Assembly: GCA_963727895.1 (NCBI GenBank)
Contig: CAVSHT010000009.1
Coordinates: 96,001 to 160,000 of the forward strand
Origin: an uncultured Methanosarcinaceae archaeon
Lineage (GTDB): Archaea > Halobacteriota > Methanosarcinia > Methanosarcinales > Methanosarcinaceae
Direction: 5' to 3'
DNA: 64,000 bases
The notes beneath the pieces are model-generated. The model made no database searches, was not told where the DNA came from, and saw nothing but the letters and a program-made list of their open reading frames with translations. Below are positions 1 through 11,201 of this stretch, in pieces; within the stretch, counting starts at the first letter, position 1; the number at the start of each line of letters is the position of its first letter. Made by a program: the position numbers and the translations under genes.

Positions 1-282
1 TCGGGTCTGGAAGTTATCCGCTATAAAGTTCAGGAGACTTTAAATGACCTTTTAGATGTTGAAACTATTGTGGAAAAAGATGACAGTAGACTTTTAAGAA
101 TCCAAACCGACATTCAACAACTCTACAACAACGAAGAAAGAGTTTCCTGTATATCGGATGAAGAACTTCTTGCTTATGTGGAAAAATATTTTCTTTATCA
201 ACCAATCTGCAACCCAACACATACAGGTAGGCGAAAATTGAAAAGCAAAGGAAAAATAGTCGATTCTGATGAAAAATATTGA
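1..282 (+). CDS. Hypothetical protein, 3' part (5' end outside window)
   Basis: Frame open from base 1 to TGA at 280-282; no motif recognised. Confidence 0.5.
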   Translation, partial: SGLEVIRYKVQETLNDLLDVETIVEKDDSRLLRIQTDIQQLYNNEERVSCISDEELLAYVEKYFLYQPICNPTHTGRRKLKSKGKIVDSDEKY

Positions 283-308
283 AGGAATAAAGTTCCTTCA
301 GTAGACTC

Positions 309-1337
309 TTATTTAAAAATTTCTGCTGTATACTTTGCGATCTCACTGGTCATCTGACTGAGTTTTGCATTACCGCCGAGATCGTAAGTTACAAATTTAC
401 CTTCGGAAATTACCCGCTTTGTAGCTTCAAATATCGCTTCAGACTTCTCTTTTTCACCAAAGTAATCAAGCATCCATGCGCCTGCAAGTACAGTTGCAAC
501 AGGATTTACTTTATCTTGACCTGCATATTTTGGAGCTGAACCATGAGCAGGTTCAAACATTGCAAAATAATCCCCAATATTGGCAGAGTATATTAGCCCA
601 ATGCTGCCTACAAGAGCTGAGCATTCTTCACTGATTACGTCCATAAACAGGTTTGTAGAAAGGAGAACCTTTTTATTGAAAATCTGCGGGTTCTTGATCA
701 ATTGTTGAGCAATGTTATCTATGTGATAGGGCCAGATCTCGATGTCAGGATAGCCCTGTCCAACCTTTTCGACCTCTTCTAAGAAGGAACCACAGGTCAG
801 TTTTAGAATATTGCTCTTATGGATGGGCACAACAGCATCATAGCCTCTTCTTTTAGCTTCCTCAAAAGCGTAATTGGCAATTTTATGGGATGCTGTACGT
901 GTAATTTTACGAATTGCAATTGAGACATCGTCTGTCAGCTGAATTTCTTCTCCAATGTAGAGGCCCTCTGTACCTTCACGTACACAAACCATTTCTACAT
1001 CTCCGAGAGGCGCACTTGAATTAGGGAAAGTCTTGACTGGCCTTACATTAGCATAGAGATCATATTTTGTCCTGATAGATACAGCCACACTTCTAGGAGA
1101 GCCGATACCTCCAGGAGTAGTTGTTGGACCTTTAAAACAGGCATCTGAACTATCAAGGATTTTCCATGTTTCATCAGGAATAAGAGAATTGCCTCCTTGC
1201 TTTTTCCACCATTCAGCTCCTGCTTCACACATAACGAATTCAACATCTGTACCAGCGGCTTCTACAACTTTAAGCATTGCGTCTACAAGTTCGGGGCCTA
1301 CCCCGTCACCTTTGATTACTGCTGCGGTTTTACTCAT
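309..1337 (-). CDS. Isocitrate/isopropylmalate dehydrogenase family protein
   Basis: GDGVGPE, DLYANVRP, HKSNI, TNLFMD and FEPAHGSAP motifs. Confidence 0.92.
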   Translation of the reverse strand: MSKTAAVIKGDGVGPELVDAMLKVVEAAGTDVEFVMCEAGAEWWKKQGGNSLIPDETWKILDSSDACFKGPTTTPGGIGSPRSVAVSIRTKYDLYANVRPVKTFPNSSAPLGDVEMVCVREGTEGLYIGEEIQLTDDVSIAIRKITRTASHKIANYAFEEAKRRGYDAVVPIHKSNILKLTCGSFLEEVEKVGQGYPDIEIWPYHIDNIAQQLIKNPQIFNKKVLLSTNLFMDVISEECSALVGSIGLIYSANIGDYFAMFEPAHGSAPKYAGQDKVNPVATVLAGAWMLDYFGEKEKSEAIFEATKRVISEGKFVTYDLGGNAKLSQMTSEIAKYTAEIFK

Positions 1338-1716
1338 ATTATCACCAGATCTTAGGGTTCGTATTTAAAGAACCGTAGCGCCTGAAAACTAAGAAAGCGG
1401 AACTATTCGAAAATTCGGTATAAATAATTGGATATTCCCGCCGTACTCAACTTAAGGCCATATATTTCAAGTTTTGGGTAATTAATGATATTCTAAACAA
1501 TCTTTAAAGTGAAATCAAATTCAAAAAAATCTGATCCATTATATATACATTTGCACACTTTTTTGAAAAATCATATCTATATTTTCTGAGAATATCAATC
1601 CATACTTACCCTGAAATTTCAATAAAGAAAATAAGATCTTTAGTCAAAAACAGGAAATTTCAAAAAATGCTAACCTTAATCAAATGCAAGAAGCTTCATA
1701 CCTTTGAGGAATAAAA

Positions 1717-2559
1717 ATGCCTGCAAAAGTTCCAATTACCGATAATCACATGCACATCGACTTCAGAGCCAAAGGACTTGAAGCCGTAAGGGAATTCAAA
1801 AATTCTGGAGGAACCCATATAATTCTGGTTACCAAACCCAGTTGGTCGCTTGGAATAACGGTAAAAAAGCCGGAAGATTACCTTAAGGTTTTTGATGAAA
1901 CTATTGAGATCGCATCAAAAATTAGGGAGCTGGGAATAGGAGCTTTTCCTGTACTGGGTGTCCACCCGGCAGAAATCTCAAAGCTTACCGAATATATGGA
2001 ACTGCAGGAAGCTACAGAGATTATGAAAAAAGTTCTCAAGCTTGCTTCAGGCTATGTGGAAAAGGGACTAGCTGTGGGTATAAAATCAGGACGCCCTCAT
2101 TACCCAGTTCCTCCTGAAGTATGGGAAGCTTCAAATGATGTAATGGAATACGCTTTTTCTCTGGGAAAGGAACAGGACTGTGCGGTTCAGCTTCATACAG
2201 AAGACGTGGGAGAGCCTGAACTTAGGGATATAGCAGAGAGAGCAAGAAAAATAGGCATAAAAATGCATAGAGTTGTTAAACACTATTCTCCACCTTTAGT
2301 AAATCTCTGTGAAGAGCTTGGACTTTTCCCAGGAGTGATTTCGGTCAAAGGAGCAATTGAACACGCAATTGAAGAAGGTACCCGGTTCATGATGGAAACG
2401 GATTATATTGACGATCCTGACAGACCAGGTGCAGTACTCGGCCCGAAAACAATTCCCCGAAGAACAAAAAAACTCATGGAAATATACGGGGAAGAACCTT
2501 TCTGGATAATTCATAAGGAAAATCCTGAAAAAGTATATGATATCGAAATTGAGATTTAA
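1717..2559 (+). CDS. TatD-related metal-dependent hydrolase
   Basis: N-terminal TDNHMH, GVHPAE, VQLHTE and METDY motifs. Confidence 0.85.
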   Translation: MPAKVPITDNHMHIDFRAKGLEAVREFKNSGGTHIILVTKPSWSLGITVKKPEDYLKVFDETIEIASKIRELGIGAFPVLGVHPAEISKLTEYMELQEATEIMKKVLKLASGYVEKGLAVGIKSGRPHYPVPPEVWEASNDVMEYAFSLGKEQDCAVQLHTEDVGEPELRDIAERARKIGIKMHRVVKHYSPPLVNLCEELGLFPGVISVKGAIEHAIEEGTRFMMETDYIDDPDRPGAVLGPKTIPRRTKKLMEIYGEEPFWIIHKENPEKVYDIEIEI

Positions 2560-2800
2560 AGCCTTTCAGAAAAAGAAAATCAGATATAAGATTAAATAAC
2601 ATAATTTCGAGAACGAATAACTACAAGAAGAATTTAAAGAAAATAATCGATTTAGAACCATAACAGCTAAGACGGAGACTATGCTCTCCATCTAAACCCT
2701 CTGTTGTTTCCGGAAAGGGAAAACTGTCGGAAACCAAAGTATTGCTGCCGGAACATAGCCTACAGTTAAGATTTCCATTTTTCATTTTCTACTTTGAAAC

Positions 2801-3286
2801 TTACTTTCTCTTTATTTTCACTATATCTCCTAGAGTTGTGTCTTTCTTTAAATGAGAAACTTCCTGCCCTGAGCCCTCCAAACGTTCGGTAAGTTTGATG
2901 TTAAGAGCGTGTTCAATTTTCTTTCGGACGGAATCTTCTGGTACGATCTCACTGCGTTCTATTTTTCTGATAAGAGATGCTTTTTCCTTGATGTTTTCAG
3001 CTAGATCCTCCTGAGACCAGCCTTTCGCTTCTCTGGCATCCCGTATGATATGATCATAGTTATCCAGGAGTTCATCTTTCAAGATGTCGAAAAAATCCTT
3101 TTTTGGCCTATTTTCTGTTCTTGTTACCACACGAGCTACCGGAGAGATTTTTCTTGATACAGGAGTTCGCTTATCGACAGGTTTACCATACGGAGCACAT
3201 TTTTGGCAGACTTGTAGTTCACTGTTATCAATTGTAATGCATATAGGATTTCCGTGAATCTCTGCACCACATATTTCGCACTGCAT
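2801..3286 (-). CDS. mbf1: Archaeal multiprotein bridging factor aMBF1 (Zn ribbon + Cro-type HTH)
   Basis: CEICG...[21 protein letters not shown]-terminal TLGD; divergent from pan. Confidence 0.88.
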   Translation of the reverse strand: MQCEICGAEIHGNPICITIDNSELQVCQKCAPYGKPVDKRTPVSRKISPVARVVTRTENRPKKDFFDILKDELLDNYDHIIRDAREAKGWSQEDLAENIKEKASLIRKIERSEIVPEDSVRKKIEHALNIKLTERLEGSGQEVSHLKKDTTLGDIVKIKRK

Positions 3287-3343
3287 GTTGATCACTTCGA
3301 AAACGCTATATACGGTACGAACTTAAATATTATTCGGAGCTCC

Positions 3344-4642
3344 ATGACGGAAAGTACCAGAAGTAAGGATGAAATCATGCGCAGTCACCTTGGTAAGTCC
3401 GAACCTATGTATGACGGAATAGAACCTGGAGAGCTGGGGGAAGTAACTGAAAGCGCCCAGGATCGAATGAGGCAACTTGAAAGCCGAAATAGTTTTCTGG
3501 AAGAGCAATGCAGCCAGATTGAGTCCGAAAAGCGTTATCTGGAAAATCAAAAGATAAAGTATGAACGGGAAATAAGAAAGCTGCAATCTGAGCTCGATCG
3601 GATGAAGACCTCTCCGCTCATCATCGGGACGGTCATTGATGTAATTAAGAACGATAGGATAATTGTTCGGAGTAGCAACGGACCTCAGTTTCTGGTTAAT
3701 GTCTCACAATATATAGATGAGAAAAAATTGCTTCCAGGAGCAAAGGTTGCCCTGAACCAACATACGCTTGCCATTGCCGAGGTAATTCCTTCTACGGAGG
3801 AACCTTTTGTTGCTGCAATGGAGGTCCTCGAAAGTGTAGAAGTGGACTATGACCAGATAGGTGGTCTCGATGAGCAAATACAAGAACTTCAGGAAGCAGT
3901 AGAACTTCCTCTTATTGAACCCGAACGTTTTGCTCGGATAGGTATCGAGCCTCCCAAGGGAGTTCTTCTATATGGACTTCCAGGAACAGGTAAAACCCTG
4001 CTCGCAAAGGCCGTGGCTCATAGAACGAATGCAACTTTTATAAGAGTTGTAGGTTCTGAGCTAGTGCAGAAATATATCGGCGACGGTTCCAAACTTGTAA
4101 GGGAAATATTCGAAATGGCACGGAAAAAAGCCCCAAGTATCATCTTCATTGATGAACTTGATTCAATTGCTGCAAGACGTTTGAATGAGACAACTGGCGC
4201 AGATCGTGAGGTTCAGAGGACTCTCATGCAGTTGCTGGCGGAGATGGATGGATTTGATAAAAGGAAAAATATCAGAATAGTTGCAGCAACAAACCGTCCT
4301 GATGTACTTGATCCGGCAATTATGAGACCAGGTCGCTTTGACAGGCTTGTCCATGTTCCTATGCCTGGAATAGAAGCAAGAGGGAAGATTATCCAGATTC
4401 ACTGCGAAAAAATGACTCTTTCAGGAAATATAGACTTTTTGAGGCTTGCAAAGGCTACAGAGGGAATGAGTGGCGCAGATCTAAAAGCGATTGCAACTGA
4501 AGCAGGTATGTTTGCGGTTAGGAAAGACAAAGATGTGATTGAGATGGAGGATTTCCTCGAAGCAGTGGATAAGGTATCTATGGCTGCTGATACGCAGAAG
4601 ATGATGTCTACAAGTCTCCCTGAAACAACTATGTTTGTGTAA
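3344..4642 (+). CDS. pan: Proteasome-activating nucleotidase (AAA+ ATPase)
   Basis: N-terminal coiled coil, GLPGTGKT Walker A, IIFIDELD Walker B, RPGRFDR; start placed at ATG 3344. Confidence 0.95.
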   Translation: MTESTRSKDEIMRSHLGKSEPMYDGIEPGELGEVTESAQDRMRQLESRNSFLEEQCSQIESEKRYLENQKIKYEREIRKLQSELDRMKTSPLIIGTVIDVIKNDRIIVRSSNGPQFLVNVSQYIDEKKLLPGAKVALNQHTLAIAEVIPSTEEPFVAAMEVLESVEVDYDQIGGLDEQIQELQEAVELPLIEPERFARIGIEPPKGVLLYGLPGTGKTLLAKAVAHRTNATFIRVVGSELVQKYIGDGSKLVREIFEMARKKAPSIIFIDELDSIAARRLNETTGADREVQRTLMQLLAEMDGFDKRKNIRIVAATNRPDVLDPAIMRPGRFDRLVHVPMPGIEARGKIIQIHCEKMTLSGNIDFLRLAKATEGMSGADLKAIATEAGMFAVRKDKDVIEMEDFLEAVDKVSMAADTQKMMSTSLPETTMFV

Positions 4643-4790
4643 ATTCATAACAAATAGAGCGCCCCTTAAGGGGCTTATTTTTGTTTTGGGTTTTCACAGA
4701 AAGTTGATGTTTTTCCTGAAAAGTTTTTGTTAGCATGTATTGAATCGAAACCAACAAACTATTTTTGTAATTATTACCTAAAGATAACCT

Positions 4791-5375
4791 GTGAATTCAG
4801 ATTTTCATATCAAGCCTGAAATTCGAATTATGGGTATAGATGATTCAGCGCTCTTTAATGAAAAGGTAATGATAGTTGGAGCTATTTTTCGGGGTGGAGA
4901 CTGGATTGATGGGGTTCTTCGTTCAGAGATCACAAAGGATGGACTTGATGCTACTGAGATTATTTGTAATATGATAAATACGAGTAGACATCATAGCCAA
5001 ATAAGAGTGGTAATTCTTGACGGAATTACTTATGGTGGTTTTAATGTTGTAGATATACAGGTACTTTATAGGAAAACTGGAGTTCCTGTAATTGTAATTA
5101 TGCGTTCCTATCCCGATTTCGAAAAAATTAAATCCGCTCTCAAAAACTTCCCTGATGGGGATGATCGCTGGGAAATAATAAAAAGAGCCGGAGATATTGA
5201 AAAAATATCCGGTGAAAAAAACTCCGTTTATATCCAAAGAGCAGGGATTGGCCTAGAAACTGTGAAAAAAATCATTCAACTTACTTCAATAAGAAGTAAT
5301 ATTCCTGAACCTTTAAGAGTTGCCCACCTAATTGCAACAGGTATTATTATGGGAGAATCTAGAAGAAAAGCGTAA
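4791..5375 (+). CDS. DUF99 family protein (endonuclease V-like)
   Basis: IMGIDDS, DGLDAT, LDGITYGGFNVVDI and IPEPLRVAHLIA motifs. Confidence 0.85.
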   Translation: MNSDFHIKPEIRIMGIDDSALFNEKVMIVGAIFRGGDWIDGVLRSEITKDGLDATEIICNMINTSRHHSQIRVVILDGITYGGFNVVDIQVLYRKTGVPVIVIMRSYPDFEKIKSALKNFPDGDDRWEIIKRAGDIEKISGEKNSVYIQRAGIGLETVKKIIQLTSIRSNIPEPLRVAHLIATGIIMGESRRKA

Positions 5376-5813
5376 GACGTTGAATTTTATATAAAGTTGG
5401 TATAAAACAGTGTATAAATTAAGGATTCCGAAAACTAAGGAGTTAGAGTGCTTTTTTAAGTAACAGGTACAGGTTGGAGTAAAGGGAAAGGTAGAAATAT
5501 AGTGATGATTTTCAAAAAATAAAAAATTAACGATTTTTAGCCTAAAAATTAAAGAAGATTGGGACGAAGGAAATATAAAATAGGAAATAAAACCAGGCGA
5601 TAAAAGCTGTGAATACGAAAAATTTGAGGTTAGGCAGCAAATAGAAGAATTTAATTAAATTATTAAACCAATACATTATAAGTTTAAAGACTGAAACAGG
5701 AAAACTATTAAATTGGAAACTGTATATGTGGATTAAAATATACGTGTCCCTTTAACATTTATCTTTAAATTAGCCATTAAATATTACCCCATAGGATGGA
5801 GGAAAACAGTATT

Positions 5814-6938
5814 ATGAGATCCATTGTGGAAGAAGCCCTTGCTCGATCTGCCCTGGAAGGACGTACCGGGCAGAAGGAGTACTCAAACTCAGATTACTCT
5901 AATGTAGATTCAGACGTTGATGCTGAACTTGAAGAGATTCTTAGAAACCTTAAAACAACTATCAAAGTGGTAGGTTGCGGAGGCGGCGGATCAAACAGCA
6001 TCCAGCGGATGATGGGTGAAGGAATACAGGGAGCTGACCTCGTTGCCTTGAATACAGATGCTCAGCACCTTCTTCATATACGCTCCGGCAAAAAAATTCT
6101 TATCGGGAAAAAGAAAACTCGTGGACTTGGAGCCGGTAGCCTTCCTCAGATAGGAGAAGATGCTGCAGTTGAGAGTATTGACGAAATTAACAAAGTTGTC
6201 GAAGGCTCTGATATGGTCTTTATTACAGCAGGCCTTGGAGGAGGAACTGGTACTGGATCGGCACCTGTTGTAGCCGAGGCTGCTAGAGACGCAGGAGCTC
6301 TTACTATTGCAGTAGTCACTCTGCCTTTTAGTGTTGAAGGTCATGTTCGAAGAACTAATGCAGAAGCGGGTCTTGAACGCCTTAGAGATGTTGCAGACAC
6401 AGTAATAGTAGTTCCCAACGATAAACTGATAGAAGTAGTTCCAAGACTCCCGCTTCAGGCTGCCTTCAAAGTATCAGATGAAGTACTTATGAGGGCTGTA
6501 AAAGGTATAACTGAACTAATCACAAAACCCGGACTTGTAAACCTTGACTTTGCAGATATCCGAACTGTTATGCAGAATGGAGGCGTTGCAATGATAGGAC
6601 TTGGGGAGTCCGATGGAGAGAACAAAGCTGTAGAATCTGTACAGAAAGCCTTACGTAGCCCACTTCTTGATGTGGATATTTCTGGTGCTACCTCCGCTCT
6701 TGTTAATGTAGTCGGTGGCCCTGATATGACAATTTCTGAAGCTGAGTCTGTAGTTCAAGAGGTTTACAATAGAATAGACGCTAATGCCCGCCTGATATGG
6801 GGTGCCCAGGTTGACCCTGACCTCGAACAGACTGTGCGTACTATGATAGTGGTTACAGGAGTAACATCAGCCCAGATTTATGGTCATGGAAATGACAAGG
6901 AGATTACCTATAAATATGGAATTGATTTTGTAGAGTAA
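5814..6938 (+). CDS. ftsZ: Cell division protein FtsZ
   Basis: [17 protein letters not shown] and NLDFAD; ATG 5814 follows GGAGG (alternative start 5796). Confidence 0.97.
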   Translation: MRSIVEEALARSALEGRTGQKEYSNSDYSNVDSDVDAELEEILRNLKTTIKVVGCGGGGSNSIQRMMGEGIQGADLVALNTDAQHLLHIRSGKKILIGKKKTRGLGAGSLPQIGEDAAVESIDEINKVVEGSDMVFITAGLGGGTGTGSAPVVAEAARDAGALTIAVVTLPFSVEGHVRRTNAEAGLERLRDVADTVIVVPNDKLIEVVPRLPLQAAFKVSDEVLMRAVKGITELITKPGLVNLDFADIRTVMQNGGVAMIGLGESDGENKAVESVQKALRSPLLDVDISGATSALVNVVGGPDMTISEAESVVQEVYNRIDANARLIWGAQVDPDLEQTVRTMIVVTGVTSAQIYGHGNDKEITYKYGIDFVE

Positions 6939-7349
6939 TCAAAGAAGAGACAAAAGGGACTGAAATCTTCGGTTGGAACAAAATACTGTTTTCCGTTCTT
7001 AAAAATAAGTATAAGGAATCGGAAAAACCAATCGAAAACTATTTTTATGGTAACTGCTGTATGATGCCGATACACTTTGGCATCAAAAAAACAAATATTG
7101 CTACTGACGCAATTAAAGATTTGGAATTAATATCGATTTCAGCATCAAAATCTCATGACGTTTTAAAGTCGTGTCAATGATATCTTCATATAATAGGAAT
7201 TAATAATATAATCCGCCCGTTCCTTCCGTAATAGAAATCTGGAAATTATATGCATAAATAAAGAGAATTTCAGGAATAAAAAGAATATAGGAAGGACTGT
7301 AGGCAAAAATTCAAGATAAATAAAAGAAATAAGAAAACCTGGATGTGAA

Positions 7350-7568
7350 TTGATGGTAGAATCCACGTTTGAACCGAAAGAAGCTGTACAAAGCGTTGGT
7401 CAGGTAATCCGGTCATACCTGAGAGTCCTGAAACTTACTAAAAAACCGTCCAGGGAAGAGTTCTTGACCATTGCCAAGGTTGCAGGTATTGGCATTCTGG
7501 CTGTGGGAGCAATAGGATTCATAATATATGTACTGTTGACAATGTTGCCCCAGTGGGTGGCCAAATGA
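7350..7568 (+). CDS. secE: Protein translocase subunit SecE/Sec61-gamma
   Basis: RVLKLTKKPSREEF plus one TM helix; position between ftsZ and spt5. Confidence 0.93.
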   Translation: MMVESTFEPKEAVQSVGQVIRSYLRVLKLTKKPSREEFLTIAKVAGIGILAVGAIGFIIYVLLTMLPQWVAK

Positions 7569-8023
7569 GTGAGGATTCCCAGATATTTGTAATCAAGACC
7601 ACAGCGAATCAGGAAAGATCGGTTGCAGTAGCTCTTTCCAGAGTTTCAAAAAAAGAAAAACTGGATATAAGGGCGATTCTAGCTCCTGATGAGCTAAAAG
7701 GATATGTCCTTGTTGAGGCTCCGAAATCTGGAATCATAGAGCTGGCAATCCAGACTATTCCCCATGCACGAGCTCTTGTCAAAGGGAGCTCATCAATTGC
7801 TGAAATTGAGCACTTCCTTAAACCCAAACCGACAGTGACAGGAATAAAGGAAGGGGCTATAATTGAGGTTACTTCAGGACCCTTTAAGGGGGAGAAAGCC
7901 CGGGTTAAAAGAGTTGATGAAGGGCACGAGGAAATTACTGTGGAACTATTCGATGCTGTGGTTCCGATTCCCATCACGATTCGTGGAGACACTGTAAGAA
8001 TAATCAAAAAAGAGATAGAGTGA
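7565..8023 (+). CDS. spt5: Transcription elongation factor Spt5 (NusG)
   Basis: NGN domain (LKGYVLVEA) and KOW (SGPFKGEKARV); ATGA overlap with secE. Confidence 0.95.
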   Translation: MSEDSQIFVIKTTANQERSVAVALSRVSKKEKLDIRAILAPDELKGYVLVEAPKSGIIELAIQTIPHARALVKGSSSIAEIEHFLKPKPTVTGIKEGAIIEVTSGPFKGEKARVKRVDEGHEEITVELFDAVVPIPITIRGDTVRIIKKEIE

Positions 8024-8148
8024 CACTACGACGAGATGGAATAATACCTCAAAATTCCAGCTTATTAACAAATAAAATCACCAGTACTCAGAGTAGATTG
8101 AAACATATCTGCAATTTTTATAGTATTATTAAAATCGGTGAGACTTAA

Positions 8149-8634
8149 ATGACAAGTATTGTTGAAGCACTTGTCCCAGGAGGAAAAGCAAATCCTGGAC
8201 CACCTTTAGGTCCAGCGCTTGGTCCACTTGGGGTCAACATAAAAGAAGTAGTAGAAAAGATCAATGAGAAGACTAGGGACTACAACGGAATGCAGGTTCC
8301 TGTTAAAGTAATCGTTGATGATAAGAAGAACGTCGAGATCGAAGTGGGTACCCCACCAACTGCATCTCTTATTATGAAAGAGTTAGGGATTCAGAAAGGA
8401 TCAGGAAATGCAGGTAGCGAAGTTGTTGGAAACATCACTATTCAGCAAGTCGCAAAAATTGCTCGCATGAAAAAGGAAGATGTACTGTCCTACGATCTTA
8501 AGGCAACTATGAAAGAGGTTATGGGCACCTGCGTCCCTATGGGCGTGACTGTAGAGGGAGCTAAGGCACAAAAAAGCCAGACGGCACTTGATCAAGGCAA
8601 ATTCGACGATCAACTTGCCGGTGAGGCTTGGTAA
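8149..8634 (+). CDS. rpl11: 50S ribosomal protein L11
   Basis: GGKANPGPPLGPALGPLGVN. Confidence 0.97.
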   Translation: MTSIVEALVPGGKANPGPPLGPALGPLGVNIKEVVEKINEKTRDYNGMQVPVKVIVDDKKNVEIEVGTPPTASLIMKELGIQKGSGNAGSEVVGNITIQQVAKIARMKKEDVLSYDLKATMKEVMGTCVPMGVTVEGAKAQKSQTALDQGKFDDQLAGEAW

Positions 8635-8814
8635 GCCTTCAAACTCCTTAATTTAAATCCGGGATATAATTACCACCAATAGTTTTAAATTGAATAGCAC
8701 TAATAGCTCAAAAGCCTTGCACATAGTTGCAATAAATTAAAAAAGATAGTTATTAGTAGCGGTTTATCGTTAAGAATAATATAACTCGGATTTATGGGGA
8801 AGCCCTAATACCAA

Positions 8815-8864
8815 CCGTAGTAAGCCTAAAAGGCTGCTTGAACAATTAAGTTCAAACACTACGG
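8815..8864 (+). promoter_or_regulatory. Candidate structured mRNA leader of rpl1-rpl10-rpl12
   Basis: Stem CCGTAGT/ACTACGG enclosing two hairpins, ending directly at the GGAGGA SD. Confidence 0.5.
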
Positions 8865-8875
8865 GGAGGAACTAT

Positions 8876-9517
8876 ATGGCAGAAAAAACTATATTGGAAG
8901 CTGTCAAGAAAGTACTTGAGGAATCACCAAAGCGCAATTTCTCTGAAAGCGTGGATATGGCGATTAACTTAAAGAATCTTGACATGAACCAACCGAAAAA
9001 CAGAGTCGATGAAGAAGTGATTCTTCCTCACGGGCTCGGAAAAGAACTAAAGATCGGTGTTTTTGCAAAAGGCGATGTAGGCTTGAAAGCAAAGGCTGCC
9101 GGTGCTGCATATGTTATTTCTGATGTTGAGCTCGATGAACTGGCCGCTGACAAAAATAAAGCCAGGATTCTTGCAAATGAATGTGACCTTTTTATCGCAG
9201 AAACCCAGTTCATGCCAATAATTGGTAAGAACCTTGGAATTGTTCTTGGACCTAGAGGGAAAATGCCTATTCCACTCTTACCTAACAAGGACATAGGCGA
9301 ACTCATTCAGAGCAAGCAAAATGCGATAAGGTTGAGGTCAAAAGACAAGCTTACTTTCCATGTGCCTGTCGGCCGAAGGAACATGAGCCCAGAAGACCTC
9401 GCCGAAAATGTCGAGACTATAGTTGCCAGACTAGAGCGTGTCTTAGATAAGGGTAAACACAACGTGAGAACAGTCTATGTAACGACAACTATGGGAAAAT
9501 CCGAAAGGGTGGTGTAA
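8876..9517 (+). CDS. rpl1: 50S ribosomal protein L1
   Basis: RNFSESVDMAINL, LGPRGKMP, TTMGK. Confidence 0.97.
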   Translation: MAEKTILEAVKKVLEESPKRNFSESVDMAINLKNLDMNQPKNRVDEEVILPHGLGKELKIGVFAKGDVGLKAKAAGAAYVISDVELDELAADKNKARILANECDLFIAETQFMPIIGKNLGIVLGPRGKMPIPLLPNKDIGELIQSKQNAIRLRSKDKLTFHVPVGRRNMSPEDLAENVETIVARLERVLDKGKHNVRTVYVTTTMGKSERVV

Positions 9518-10558
9518 ATGGCAGAGGAAAGACATCACACTGAGCATGTCCCGCAATGGAAAAAGGATGAGATCGAAAATATAAAAGAACTCATTCAGTC
9601 CCATAAGGTCTTTGGAATGGTTGGAATCGAGGGCATTCTTGCAGCCAAGATCCAAACAATTCGTCGCGACCTTAAAGACGTTGCAGTGCTCAAAGTCTCC
9701 AGGAACACCCTTACAGAGCGGGCTTTTAACCAGCTCGGAGAAAAAATTCCCGAGATGGGTAAATACCTTGATAAGCAGACTGCTCTGGTATTTACTAATG
9801 AAAGTCCTTTCAAGCTTTACAAAATACTTGAACAGACAAAAACTCCATCTCCAATTAAAGGAGGTGCAATAGCTCCTGTGGATATTATTGTCCAGAAGGG
9901 GCCTACCAGTTTCCCACCTGGACCGATTCTCGGAGAATTCCAGAGTGCAGGAATTCCCGCTGCAATAGACGCAGGGAAAGTTGCAGTAAAGGAAACTAAG
10001 ATTGTCTGTAAAGCAGGTGATGTGGTTCCACAGAAGCTCGCAACTATGCTCACAAAGCTTGAGATATACCCTCTCATTGTAGGACTGGACTTAAGAGCCG
10101 CCTATGACGATGGGATGATTTACGAGCCGGAACTCCTTGCAATTGACGAAGACCAATACTTCTCTGACATTATCAGAGCAGCTCAGAACGCTTTCAATCT
10201 CTCTGTCAACACTGCGTATCCGACAAGCGCAACAATTGACACTCTGCTGGCAAAAGCCTTTGCAGAATCAAAGAACCTTGGTGTCAATGCTGTCGTGTTT
10301 GATTCTGGAGTCATGGACACTCTGCTGGCAAAAGCTCATGTCCAGATGACATCCGTTGCATCCAAAGCCGCAGACAAAGATGCAGATGCTGTGGATGATG
10401 ACCTGAGAGATGTTCTCGGAGCAGCTGCAAATGCAGCCGCCGCAGTAGCTAAGGAACCTGAGAAGAAAGAAGAAGTAAAGGAAGAAGAGGAAGAAGAGAA
10501 AGAAGATGACCACACCGAAGAAGACGGAATGGCCGGTCTTGGAGCTCTTTTCGGATAA
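9518..10558 (+). CDS. rpl10: 50S ribosomal protein L10 (P0)
   Basis: VPQWKKDE, GPTSFPPGP, acidic tail ending GLGALFG. Confidence 0.97.
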   Translation: MAEERHHTEHVPQWKKDEIENIKELIQSHKVFGMVGIEGILAAKIQTIRRDLKDVAVLKVSRNTLTERAFNQLGEKIPEMGKYLDKQTALVFTNESPFKLYKILEQTKTPSPIKGGAIAPVDIIVQKGPTSFPPGPILGEFQSAGIPAAIDAGKVAVKETKIVCKAGDVVPQKLATMLTKLEIYPLIVGLDLRAAYDDGMIYEPELLAIDEDQYFSDIIRAAQNAFNLSVNTAYPTSATIDTLLAKAFAESKNLGVNAVVFDSGVMDTLLAKAHVQMTSVASKAADKDADAVDDDLRDVLGAAANAAAAVAKEPEKKEEVKEEEEEEKEDDHTEEDGMAGLGALFG

Positions 10559-10594
10559 AAAATATACTTACGATAATTTAAATTTAGGTGATCA

Positions 10595-10915
10595 ATGATG
10601 GAATACATATATGCAGCTCTTTTATTGCACAACGCTGGTAAAGCAATTAACGAAGAAGCAGTCACTGCCGTTCTCAAGGCAGCAGGTGTAGAAGTTAACG
10701 AAGCTAGAGTAAAAGCCCTTGTCGCAGCCCTTGAAGGCGTAGACATTGAAGAAGCAATCTCAAAGGCAGCATTTGCAGCTCCTGCAGCCGCCGCAGCTCC
10801 TGCAGCCGCCGCAGCTACCCCTGCCGCAGAAGAAGCTCCTGCCGAAGAAGAAGAGAAAGAAGATGAACATGCCGAAGAAGACGGAATGGCCGGCCTCGGT
10901 GCCCTCTTCGGATAA
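10595..10915 (+). CDS. rpl12: 50S ribosomal protein L12 (P1)
   Basis: [11 protein letters not shown], Ala-rich hinge, GLGALFG. Confidence 0.97.
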   Translation: MMEYIYAALLLHNAGKAINEEAVTAVLKAAGVEVNEARVKALVAALEGVDIEEAISKAAFAAPAAAAAPAAAAATPAAEEAPAEEEEKEDEHAEEDGMAGLGALFG

Positions 10916-10941
10916 ACACAAATCAAATCTTTAATAACATG

Positions 10942-10967
10942 GCTCGCCATAAGGCGAGCATTTTTTT
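10942..10967 (+). terminator. Hairpin plus T-tract after the ribosomal protein operon
   Basis: GCTCGCC-ATAA-GGCGAGC followed by ATTTTTTTT. Confidence 0.6.
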
Positions 10968-11201
10968 AAATTTTAGTTACTCTTTAGTTCGAAGTTTCAG
11001 TTATCTAATTCACTTTTTCCTGAGGCTTCGTGAGAATCCTTTTAATTTGTTTTTCAAAACTTTTAAATCTTATTTTGTCACTTAACTTTTTAATGACAGG
11101 ATTTTACAAATACAAGCAGACAGGTTATATTTATTAACTATGTAGACGTTCTTTATTGAAGTATAGTAAAAGATCCTTATTCTACAAGATAAACGATTTT
11201 T

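Noticed and set aside
3254..3343. N-terminal extension of PAN overlapping mbf1
   Set aside because: Upstream alternative-start artefact; the region more plausibly holds the divergent promoters
10490..10915. Near-identical 3' ends of rpl10 and rpl12, and a 204-aa antisense ORF (10336-10950)
   Set aside because: The shared C-terminal motif of archaeal stalk proteins is well known; the antisense ORF is a low-complexity shadow
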